The notes beneath the pieces are model-generated. The model was not told the origin of the DNA and made no database searches. It saw only the letters and a program-made list of their open reading frames with translations. A DNA stretch of 61,422 nt, counting the filler, from Sphacelaria rigidula (Eukaryota), in the NCBI GenBank assembly GCA_964200075.2. It is 8 parts of 8 records of this genome, joined end to end, with 100 filler letters (N's around TTAATTAATTAA, not from the genome) between each part and the next. Parts side by side here need not be neighbours in the genome. Positions count along the whole stretch, not along the records: positions 7,693 to 15,283 come from CAXNAA020014192.1; positions 15,384 to 22,974 come from CAXNAA020014193.1; positions 23,075 to 30,664 come from CAXNAA020014194.1; 5 more parts are not named here. The stretch is one strand, 5' to 3'. Below are positions 12,077 through 23,143 of the stretch, piece after piece. The position numbers and the translations under genes were made by a program. Each line of letters starts with the position of its first letter. The first letter of the stretch is position 1.

Positions 12077-12839
12077 GTGAGTGGTGTGCGGGATGTTGAA
12101 CTACTTTATCTTTGTCGTTTCATGGCTGTGGATGACGATTTTTTGGGCAGCGCTTTTTGCTGGTTTACATCTATTTCGCAATCGGTGTCGCCGAAACCGG
12201 AATCTAGGTTTCTGCTGGACCATCACCCGCTTTTGCAGCCAGTTCGACACCAACGTGGGGGTACATATATTCTCATTTTTTTGTCGCTAACCAGAAGGTG
12301 GAAGCAATTTGATTGCACCACGACCGTTGCAAATGGGATTGTGCATACGCCTCTGTATTTGAACTTCTTAACGCATCAGCTTCCAATCGTCCCTGCCATT
12401 GTCTCGGGCAACGCTACTGACCGAAGTCGCTGGGCTGTAGTTTTTAGCCAAGCGGCATCACCCGACAGCCTCATCACAACACGCTTATCATGCACGCGGC
12501 GTTCTTTCTCATCGGTAGAAGTGAAATCCCACAATTCTCTCTTGAAAGATGACACGGTGAGGACAAATCATTACGACTCAAAATAACCAATTTCACGATT
12601 TCTTCGGCCTGATTGTCCAAAAAAGAAAAAAAAGTTGATNNNNNNNNNNAGTCGACTCATAATACTAAAACCAAGTAATTTCCAGACGAATAATTATTTG
12701 TCCGACCCTTGAAAGATAGTACCATCAAAACGTGATCGTCGGTCTGATTTTTCATTCTTGTTGCGTTGTTCCGTCTCTCTTGCGTGCATCGCGTTCTTGT
12801 CTCTCCCTTTTTCATTTCCCGAAAACATTTGCCGAGCAG

Positions 12840-12951
12840 CGTCGGTCGCGGGAACATCCTTTGGTTCCGGCTCTTCAACGGATCGTGGATGTGTTTCCTG
12901 ACCTTCGTCATGGTGTCCGTGGGGTTGAGAGGAGGCAGTCGAAATTTGTAG
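12840..12951 (+). CDS. DHHC-type protein S-acyltransferase, exon 3 (terminal as read)
   Basis: Acceptor GCAG|C completes TGC. Encodes CVGRGNILWFRLFNGSWMCFLTFVMVSVG...NL*. Exons sum to 773+51+112 = 936 nt, in frame. Confidence 0.88.
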
Positions 12952-13311
12952 AGAAGAGTGTACCGTTATAGCAGCACTCAGTCTTTTTTTGTTTTGCTGC
13001 CCGCGAAGTCAGGACAGCAGATGCAGTAGCGTAGTGGCGCGCCAAGAGCTGGCTGAAAATAATAATGTCTTGTGGTGAATACCGAGTTGGAACCGCACGG
13101 TAGAGAGCGCAGGGGCGAGGGAAAAACGGCTTGTTTTTTGCTTTCATATGCGGAAATGTGCGAACTGTGCGAAAATAACGGTGTGTGAGGCAGCTTGTCA
13201 TAGGGATGTTTTTGTTTTTTTGTCGTGGCGATATTTAAGGTTTGGGACATTTGACGCCGTTTTTGACCCTAGAATATAAACTTTTCTTTTTTATTATTCT
13301 GTTCTATTTTT

Positions 13312-13388
13312 GCTGCTCCTGACCACGGGCTGGATTGTCACAGTCAGCTAATGTGAGATAATCAATCAATCAATCAATCAATCAATCA
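13312..13388 (+). repeat. Retroposon 3' tail with (ATCA)n microsatellite
   Basis: CTGACCACGGGCTGGATTG...CTAATGTGAGATAATCAATCAATC. Inverted copy at ~18385-18457; related end at 30765-30820. Confidence 0.6.
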
Positions 13389-14376
13389 GTGAAAAATATC
13401 CCTGCCAAGTGTCTCTCGGCGCTGTACATCACCTTATCGAAACGAACGTAAACAGATTTCCGTTTCGCTAGGTCCCTAGGTTTCGTTAACCGCCACGTGC
13501 CGGAGACCCGACTGGAAATGGAAAATTGTAGAGTCTACAGCGATGTTTTATCAAATTCCAACATTGGCTCAACATCGTCTTGGTGTGTACGATCTCGTAT
13601 CTGAGTTTTTGGCAAGTAACTGGGCATTTGCGCAATCTAGGAGCCCGGCGAGTCGAAAACGTGGACGCGACTCTTTTCAGCGAGGTAGAGCATATTAGTG
13701 TCCCGAGACATGTGGTGACGATACTTTTTGTTTTGGAGTCGAAAAACGATGTCAAGTATCCCGAAACTCGAGTATCCCAATACAGCTGTTCGATTGCCTG
13801 GAAGAGGCGGCCTGAATGACAACAATACATAAAACACGCGTCTCAAGAAGGAGACCCCAGAATAACGAGCATCCAACTGAGTGAAATGATGAATATATTG
13901 TGTAGGGTAAAAATATCTGTTAACGAGTATCAATCGCTTCCTTCTTTTTTTTTCCTTCCCCACTTCTGGTGTTTGGTTTTGGGGGGTGGTTTACCCCGTA
14001 TGTTCTGTCTGTCTGTCTTTCTTCCTTAATCTCCCCCGATTTTAGAGCTTCCTTTTTAATGAGTGTTTCCGTCTTCTTGACCTTGGGTGTGTCTACCTTG
14101 TGACCATAACTAGATTCATCGGATATCAGTGCAATCAATCAATCACTCGGATCACGTGAATCAATCAATCACTCGGATCACGTGAATCAATCGGGTGTAC
14201 ATGTTCTGGTCTCGCTGCGGCGCCTGACTGGAACCAAGGATCTCTGCGTGTATTCGCGGAGGAAATGGACGAGCATCATTGATTGTCAATACACCGAATG
14301 CACGCACGTATTGCTGTCGCGACGAGACTTGCTCGAAACCTATACGTATAGTTTTGGCGAGTAGCGAGCAATGCTA

Positions 14377-14611
14377 CGGTAGGGGTGCACTTTTTTCGCG
14401 AAATTTTGTCTGGTTCAGGGGCTCCTAACGATTCGAGACGCATAAGAATATGGGTCAGGGCATACCCGTTTGCAGGTTTATTCGGGACATCCCCAGCACA
14501 TTGGAGTAGTAATCATGGCGTACTCTCGGATATTTTCATAAGTCGTGTTATGGATGAGATAAAGGGCTCCTAACAATTCTAACCTCAGAAATTATTTGTG
14601 TACCCCTACTG
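14377..14611. mobile_element. Tc1/mariner-type MITE (235 bp)
   Basis: TA|CGGTAGGGGTGCAC...GTGTACCCCTACTG|TA. Confidence 0.7.
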
Positions 14612-15972
14612 TAGCATGACTCATTAAGCACCGTCCAGGCAAATCCAACGGGAACGCGGATTTTCTTTCCCGCCTACATTTGCCGCCTACGGCCGCAGAT
14701 TTCAGCCCGGCTTGCCGTTTAACGGAACCCGATGAACCCGGAATTTACGCAATCAGACGTTTTTCAACGCCTATTTACGCCCTCGACCTCCAGTGCCCGA
14801 AAACCGGTATGCATATGGGAAGACCTCGCCCTCTACTATATGACGCCGTCTTGGGTGGGTTAAAGCCCACTTCCTCTGATTTTGCCGATTTTCGCACTTT
14901 CGGTACGCGCGCGAAACGTTTTGCGGAGGCACCTCCAGTCACCCACCTTATCCCCGACAACACGCGCTCCCGGTCTGCCGCCCGCACCACACCGAGTGCC
15001 CCGCCGCCACCTACACCACCGGTAACCCCTATGAGCCACCTAGCACAAGTTCCACGGACCAACACGCAAAGCTACGCAAAAACGTCTGCACCATGCGCCA
15101 CGCACCGCGAACAATCTTCGCCGCGCACTGTTTTAACCCCGCCGCCTATAATGGCGCCGCAAACATCTCCTGCCCCCGAGCACGGATCTGACGACTCGTC
15201 TCCAGCTCCCGGAACAGAAATTGACGTCGGCATTTCTGCCCCGTCGCCTATTCCCCCCCCGCCTGCCCTACCATGTTTGGTCGNNNNNNNNNNNNNNNNN
15301 NNNNNNNNNNNNNNNNNNNNNNNNNNNTTAATTAATTAANNNNNNNNNNNNNNNNNNNNNNNNNNNNNNNNNNNNNNNNNNNNCCTCATGAAAAACGCTG
15401 GACACTGCGTTTTCAATGTTGACAGTGCGTCGATCACGTAAGAAGGGCTAGTTCGAAAAATTCTGTTGGAAAACGTGTTGTTGTAGAAGGGCTTTTCTGA
15501 CACCGTGTTTTTCGATACATGAGAAGTAGCTTTAAGACACGCCCTTACTCATCATGCATGAAAAGAAAGAAGACTGTCATTTTGACCCATTGACTGTAGA
15601 TCTGCTGCCTCACGCCCCTCTCGCCAATTTGAACTGTCGACTGTAATAAATTACGGTATTGAATTACCCGTAACTCATGCTGGCTCACACAAACTCGACA
15701 CACGTCACGTCAGCATGAGACTGTGTGTATGGACTCCAACATCATGATAGGGCACAAGCTCGCATGATATCTTAACCTCTGGCATATGTGCATGGTTGCG
15801 TATGAGTGGAGATGGAAATAAAGCCGCTGCGTGAAACATTGAAACACTGCAACATTTCATCAAGGTATGAATTTGGCGCGTGCATGTGTTGACCTTCCTC
15901 CTGTGTGACCCCGGCTGATGCGCCCACATAAACCGAAAGGTGTAGACCGGCGTCCAGAATAGATGGGACGAC

Positions 15973-16014
<42 letters not shown>

Positions 16015-17106
16015 GTTTGCGTACGCGTGGAAATCGGAGTAGAGGTGCTGCATGAACGCTGAAACACTGCAGAAACGTATGGACTGAAAAATGAAATTTG
16101 TTTCCAGGGTCACTTGTTGGAACAGTTGTAAATAGGACCGACTTCAGCCAAGAACATATTGACTCTCAGCCGGGTTTTCACTTGCAGCGTCCACATCAGG
16201 TATTAATATATACCTGGTGCAGCAGAATTTCGATGCGTCATTTCTCGATAACCTCCACACGATTCCAATGCTGCTAGTGAATGCTGCTGGGCTGCTCCTC
16301 TGCTCTCCTTCCTGTGCGGAGGTACTACCGACATGATCTGGTCCATTTCCGGCTTTCCTATTGGTTATTTTCCACCAAAATATCTCATCCCCCGGTCGCC
16401 CAACCTTGACGCAACTCAGCAAGGGTGGTGGGATTACACATAATATGGCACAGTTGGAAGTACTTGGCGTATACATATACTAATTTCAAGGGGTTGCTTT
16501 CTGCATATGTTTTTCCATCACAAATAGTAGGGTGAAGTGCACTTGAAATACCTTCAGTGGCATGTGAATAAAGTAACCATGCACCCCTTTGCTACCACGG
16601 GTCTGAAACTATTCAGAAGCTAAAAAAATCGACGAACCGCCATCTTACTTGATGACAGGTTGAACTACAGCTGACTGTACTGTTGCCGAGCCTCGGCGTG
16701 AAAGACTACGGCTACACAGGTGAGCAAGAATATACCTAGTGCCTCATGTATGTTATATGCTGTGTGATTGTTCTTGTCTATCTGGTGGCTGGAGCTTAAC
16801 GGTGCAGTGTCTCTGATGCGACGTTCTTGGTGGATCCAACTTGACTTTAGCTGACATGCCTGTGCTTGCAGCCGACAGCTGTATTGGCCTTACAGTGCAG
16901 TCTAATGGAGGTTGGAGGGGCTTGAAGCTTGCTGCTGCGGTGATAGAGTTGACTGGTAGTGCAGGGTATCATCTGAAGCTACGTAGCTGTTGTTTAGCCC
17001 CCCCCCTACAAAAAGACAAGCAGTGAGAGAGCACGGCGAGAATGAGAATGATTCTGGCTTATTTTTTCGTCCTTCCGATTGGTTGAGGGCTGAGGCCGTG
17101 CTCACG

Positions 17107-18312
17107 CCCTGTCTTCGCACATGAGTTTTCGATCGAAATTGTGCGGTGGAAAGCAAAAATCCGCAAAAATAGGTCATGATTTCAACCATCTTCAAAATCA
17201 ACAACGATGCTTGAAATTAGGACCTATCTGATCAGGATTTTTGCTTTCCACCGTACAATTTCGATCGAGAACTAATATGTCAAGACAGGGCCCAAGACAG
17301 GGCCCAAGACAGGGCCTCAGGCTTTGTCTCAACACATGGGTTTTCGATCGAAAAAGTGCGATGGAAAACAAAAATCCTGATATGATAAGTCGTAATTTCA
17401 ACCATCATCGTTTATTATGAAGATGGTTGGAATCATGACCTATCAAATCAGGATTTTTGCTTTCCACCGCACTTCTTCGATCGAAAACTCAAGTACTAAG
17501 ACAGGTCTTCAGCACATCATTTCTCGATCGAAAAAGTGCGGTGGAAAACAAATATTCCGATCTGATAGGTCGTGATTTCAACCATCTTCAAAATGAACTA
17601 CGATAGTTGAAGTCAGAACCTATCCGATCAGAGTTTTCCAAGGGTAGGTCGAGTAGGGTATACTCAATACTCAATATTTTTGAAGAGTCATACTTTTAGT
17701 ACTCGAAGTTTGAGTAGAGTATTTGATGTCGTACTCAACCTACTCAATTATTCGAGTAGAGTATTTGAGACCATACCCAACCTACTCGAAATTTGAGTGG
17801 AGTATTGAGGTCATACTCAAGTGATACCCTATACTCGAGTATTCCTGAGAGTGCTTACTCAATGTTTGAGTAAAGATTATGAGGTCTTACTCGATCTACT
17901 CAATGTTTGAGTCGAGTATTGGACGCCGTACTCGACCTACTCGAACTTTGAGTTGAATGTTGAGACCATACCCAACCTACTCAAAATTTGAGTAGAGTAT
18001 TGAGGTCATACTCAAGTGATACTCGATTCTCAAGTATCACCGACAGTGCTTACTCAATATTTGAGTAGAGTATTGGAGGTCGTACTCGACCTACTCAAAG
18101 TTTGAGTAGGGTATTTGAGGCCGTACTCAACCTACTCAAAACTTGAGTAGAGTATGTGAGGCCGTACTCGACCTACTCAAAAGTCGAGTAGAGTAAATAC
18201 TTGGGTATTTTACTCGAGTACTCAAAAGTATATACTCTACTCGACCTACCCTTGGAGTTTTCCTTTTTCACCGTATATTTTCGATCGAAAAATAATGTGC
18301 CGAAACACACGC
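17107..18312. repeat. Tandem array of three ~190-bp palindromic units; the third is interrupted by a hAT MITE
   Basis: Each unit reads GTCTT...TTTCGATCGAAA...GCGGTGGAAA...TAGGTC.TGATTTCAACCATC, followed by its reverse complement. Confidence 0.75.
17639..18254. mobile_element. Non-autonomous hAT element (616 bp) filled with TACTC/GAGTA repeats
   Basis: TIR CAAGGGTAGGTCGAGTAG...CTACTCGACCTACCCTTG. Perfect 8-bp TSD GAGTTTTC at 17631-17638 and 18255-18262. Confidence 0.9.
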
Positions 18313-18877
18313 CCTGAGGGCGTGCCCTTTCGAAGTTTTTTGGTGTCGAAAACGTGCGGTGGAATCGAGTTTGCTCGTATCTTATGAATTGATTGATTGA
18401 TTGATTATCTCACATTATTCGCTGACTGCAACAATCCAGCCCGCGGTCAGGAGCAGCAAAAAACAACCAGAATAACAAATGAAGAAAGAAGGAAAGAAAC
18501 AGAAAAAGACGGAAGCAACGGCCTCAGAAAAGAAAGAAGAAAGGAAGCAGCGACAACAACAACAACAACAACAACAACAAACAAGTCTTGTCGTTTTCGT
18601 GAGATTGAGAGTAGAGCGCTGATTGAGAGTAGCTTTGATCATTCGCTTTAACTTGACGGATCTGTCATTCCGTGCGTGCTTTTCTTTCCCTATATCACTG
18701 GCCTGTGCTTTCAGCTACACGTCGATATCCTACTCAGGGATACCAAGGGCCTCAGTGACAAGCTACGACAGAAAGTATATTGGGCCCCGTGGAGTTCGGA
18801 ACTGAAACGATTCATTAACTAGTTGAGCGCTTTGCACTCTAATCGTGTCCCCTACTCTCAATCTCACGAAAGCGTTG

Positions 18878-19145
18878 TTAAGAGCAATAACCAACAACAA
18901 CGGTGCTCATACGTCCACGGTGCGCAACCGAGTTGCGTGCACGCTCCTGGACAGTGCAGGCAGCATTAAGCTGCACGTTCCTGAAGTCCTCTTCACGTCG
19001 CATCATGAGGAGGAAGACCTGATAGTCCTGGGCTGTATGCACTGCACGTTGCCCGCTTCTCTTCTTTATCCTCCTGAACGAAAGACGCACACACGCACAC
19101 AAGACACTGCTTGCCAGCAAAATGCAGACAGTACAGACAGAGACA
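18878..19145. repeat. Dispersed copy of the arm of the long-TIR element at ~32282-34425
   Basis: Matches ~34210-34405 directly and ~32290-32525 inverted. Confidence 0.7.
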
Positions 19146-21628
19146 AAAAATCCGGCTCCAAAATTCACCGAACCGCAGCAAATCGGCTGTTAATTTCACC
19201 GAATCCCGAACGCCGGGAAATCGAGTTTTAGCCACACAGAAAGGCTTTTTATAGTCAAGATTGCACCTTGTATTTGCTCCATACGGGAGGAAAAATGACA
19301 TTCGAGTTTCCTTACTGACCAGATCTTCGGAAAATCCGTCCGGAGAAAAAAGCAATTACTTGGAGGGGATGCAAATTCACCTTCCCTTGTTGTAGGCCAT
19401 ACCTTCCATCTGTATACCGATGGGAGCACGGCAATAACAAATGGTGCAAAAGTACTTTTTGTAACACCCTCAACGACAAAAACAATCTTCCAGTTCGAAT
19501 ATCCTAACTGATCTTATATTTCCGGACAGAGGGAGTAATATTTTTTCGCCTTGGATAGGGATGATGAGCGATTTCTCTACTTCATGAAGTTGTGACCCGT
19601 TAAGTTGTGACCCGTCGAAAAAAAAACATCCCTATCATAATTTCATTTTCACTTTTTCTTGTCTCCTTAATATGGCGCCGTGGTGTCGAGGTTTGCCTGT
19701 CGGTGCGATGATTGCAGGAGCCATCATTTTGTTGTTTCGCACTTCCGCCATCCAGGCGGGTCCTTATCGCAGGGCATTGTCCCCTTTTCGGATTTCCCCT
19801 CTTGAAAAGGTCATTCGCTGACTGGTCGCTGCGATACCGCGCCCCAAGAAAAGTGCCTCAAAGTCCCCCTTCAAAGGGATTTAGGGTACATTCTGAACGG
19901 GAACATAGATGTTCCGTTGACAGGGGCACATGCGTAGGCTTACCACACAACTTCATTCCCCGGCAAACCAAAAGCACGCAGCTCGAGTCGTATAATAGCT
20001 GCTCATCAGCTGAGCATCTTGTGGGTGATCTTGCTCGTGTAACAGCTGTTCAGAATTTAATGAGAGGTGATGATTTGTGTGGGACACGCGCGCAGCACAT
20101 GCACACAAACGGTCAGCAACGACACGTTTTCGGTTGTAATTTGACATGCATGCAGCCGCTATTTTATCAATAGAAAACAGATTTCCATGAAACGACTGCC
20201 GTACGTTCATAAGCAAGGGCTAATAATAGCGCTGGGACTAGATTGCGTGATTGGTGGGTGTCTGTGCGCGTTTTTACGGGGCTCGGTGTGTAGGCGTTGG
20301 GTTGACTTCCATCTCGTCTGTAGTAGTACAGAGAGGTTAGACTAGCGACCTCTTCCAGAACCGCCGCATCTCTGAACCTGAGTGCAGATCGGGGCTTCGA
20401 TCTTGACAATGCTTCTTCTCGATAAGACTCAAACTGGTCGTTGTAGGGGAAATCCTTTTTCCAAAGGGGATTTCGAAAAGCGGATAACCCCCTTCGATAA
20501 GAACTCGCCTCAAGTCCGACGTCTCGCAGGCTCATTTTCTGACTTGGGTCAAGGAAGAAATTTTGTTCGACTGGAAATTCGGTGGACACGCCGAATCCGA
20601 GGGGCCTTTTGCGATATCAACCTTCTGTTCACCGGAAAATTACCGTTTATCGTTCGAGATGATCGATTCGGGGTATTCAAGACGGGTTGTCGAAAAAGGC
20701 AACCCGGATATTGAAAAAGGTGACCCGGCAATCGTGTGTACGCTGTCGAATGAATGAGGATGGAAAAATCTCGCCGTCGAATCGGATGGTATCCGGCTTC
20801 GCGAACGCCAAATGGAGATTGAGCAATCCGACCGACGGGTCCTCATCAATTCGTTCAAGTTTAGACCCACTTGTGGGCTAGTTTCCCCTCGGTTTTGTTC
20901 CGGCTGTTTTATTACAGTCAAAACCTCGTCAAGGATCGAAAATTTGGTGCATGGCTCGTACGACTGCACAGTAATATCTTCAATGCACAGGTAAGATATC
21001 ATGTGGAGGATCTTATGTGGAGGTTGGGCCCATGTTTTTTCTTCCAGGGGTACAAAAATAGCCGTCCCCGGGGGTGGTAGCCATCGCGTTGTCCCGTCGC
21101 AAACGAACTGCGGTGCTCCGAACTATCCTAGGGGTTCATAGTATGGGTGTCGATGTCTAGATGATAACACTCATGTGGGCTGCTGATGATACTTCTCATG
21201 CGTTGAGAAGCCTCATGTAGTTGGCTCGAAAGCGGCTAATACGTCAAATATCACCTCCCGCGTGAAGATGTTTGGGAAGGAGATATGCTCATCTCCTGAT
21301 CGGGGAGGGGGGACAGGGTGGTCTCAACTCAGCAAGTAGGATATCTCGAAAGACTGAGGGCTATCATTCAGAAAACACTGTTTGTGGCGCACAAGGAAAC
21401 TTCGGGGGTGCAAAAAAAAGGTGTAAACATGGTTGAGAAAGAAACTTAACAAGAAAAGCTGCAGAAAGATATGTTGCTGACAAGAGATACCATCTGTGAT
21501 ACTGCAATGTAGCGTCATGTTGTAGGTGTTGTGGAGGAGAGTGCTTGGCTACAAGTTCCTGGGGACCATGAGCCTATGAGCTCACGAGCTTTGCACATGT
21601 GGGACGCCTGCTTTTGCACATTGTGCAG

Positions 21629-21753
21629 GTCTGAGATTAGAGGTGTCGGGCTTGGAGGAGGTGCGAGCAATGGAGGCCCTGGTAAACACGGCGTATGATC
21701 GCATCAGCGAGGACATCATCCTGCTCTACGACACCATGCTGGCCTACAACCAG
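21629..21753 (+). CDS. Isolated probable internal exon, unknown protein
   Basis: TTGTGCAG| acceptor, open frame LRLEVSGLEEVRAMEALVNTAYDRISEDIILLYDTMLAYNQ with GC-rich third positions, |GTGCAA donor. Partner exons not identified. Confidence 0.45.
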
Positions 21754-22647
21754 GTGCAATCATTACGCCGACAACGCCACTGACCCTAGAATGAAGGAAT
21801 ACAGTTTTTACGTTTATGGTTCGGGAGTTGTGTGGAACGTGGTGGTATTTGTGTAGGACCCTACTGAGAAAAAGAGAGGAACACTTGCACTTCATTTCGC
21901 GAGGTCATGCGTGCCTACATCTTGTCGCAGCTTTTACAATTCAGTTTCTACCTTTAGTAGTGGAGCGCAGTCCCGTATCTTGTGTGAGACACCCATATGT
22001 GCCCTGCTATTTAAGTGCAACCAGTACATAAGTACAATGAGTCTTGGTTACAGTATGACGCTTCCTAGTCTTCATGATAGCCCGTGTACTCAGACCCGCG
22101 TCATCTTTGACGTCCTCCCCTTCCTTGGGATGAATCCGTTGTCTAGAGGAAGAAGTCCGTCTCTACCTCGGTAGGCAACCTCGCTACTACTCCGACATCT
22201 GCATAAAAGTTTGATATCGTGGGTTGAATCAGCGCTCCCGCCCCACGCTCACTCCCGTCATTTGTTTTTTGCAAAACTCGTACCCATATTTTCAAAAACG
22301 TGGAATCATATGTTGCTCGAAAAAATCGTTTCGGTCGGAAATCGAGCCCTCAACCTTGCGCCCTCTCAGGTTATCGCTGTACACGTAAGGCTATCGAGAA
22401 AAACCCTAGGGTCATTGATCGGTGGGATTTGAAGATGTTACATACGCCGGCAGATCGGTGCAGCCGATATATTGAGGGCATCGGTGGTTGCACCTGTAGG
22501 CCAGGCGAGAGCGTAAGCTCGATGGTACCTAGATTATCAGTAACTTATCAATTGCACTTCATAGCCGGTAACGGAAAACCGGCGATATCGGTATCAAATA
22601 CCGATGCGGTTCGATTTCTCGATGATGACGGCACGGATACACGCCAC

Positions 22648-22860
22648 ACCCCGTGGATCAAGCTGGTAGGTGCATCATCGGCCAGGTTGAGAGGAGTAGC
22701 GGGTTCAAATCCTCACAGAAGATGGCGAATTTTATCGGCTTCCGCCGTGGAAACGCGGGGACGTGCGCAAACAAAAAATACGCGGTACATGAAGGAATCT
22801 CGACGGGCTGCCGGGGTGCCGATGAGCCATGAGCTAAAGCTCGACGATAAAATGCCGGGT
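22648..22860 (+). mobile_element. Possible second tRNA-derived SINE head
   Basis: A-box-like TGGATCAAGCTGG (22654-22666) and B-box GGTTCAAATCC (22702-22712) at tRNA-like spacing, without a closing acceptor stem. Only one copy in the window; 3' boundary uncertain. Confidence 0.45.
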
Positions 22861-23074
22861 AGCTACATTACGGGGGAGAAATGGGGTAATTCCATGAGAC
22901 TGCGGACCCAACTTGAGGAGGGGGGGGGGAGGGGGATACTCATGATCATGCATGCCATAGTCATAAGACCATGGNNNNNNNNNNNNNNNNNNNNNNNNNN
23001 NNNNNNNNNNNNNNNNNNTTAATTAATTAANNNNNNNNNNNNNNNNNNNNNNNNNNNNNNNNNNNNNNNNNNNN

Positions 23075-23143
23075 CGGGAATCGAACCCCCCAACTCAACC
23101 GTCAGAAGGTTACGAGGTTACCAACTGAGCCACCGGGGCGACC
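23075..23143 (-). mobile_element. SINE head, truncated by the contig edge
   Basis: Reverse complement GGTCGCCCCGGTGGCTCAGTTGGTAACCTCGTAACCTTCTGACGGTTGAGTTGGGGGGTTCGATTCCCG matches 2902-2970. Confidence 0.8.

Noticed and set aside
12078..12290. In-frame hydrophobic stretch after TGA in DHHC intron 2, suggesting readthrough, selenocysteine or an alternative TM3
   Set aside because: The TGA is part of the GTGAGT donor, the stretch lacks the conserved CVG..N motif that exon 3 supplies exactly, and T-rich introns often translate as hydrophobic.
14680..15283. Proline-rich ORF at the contig end, possibly a retroelement gag start
   Set aside because: It is truncated by the spacer, with no ATG start or diagnostic motif, so it cannot be assigned.
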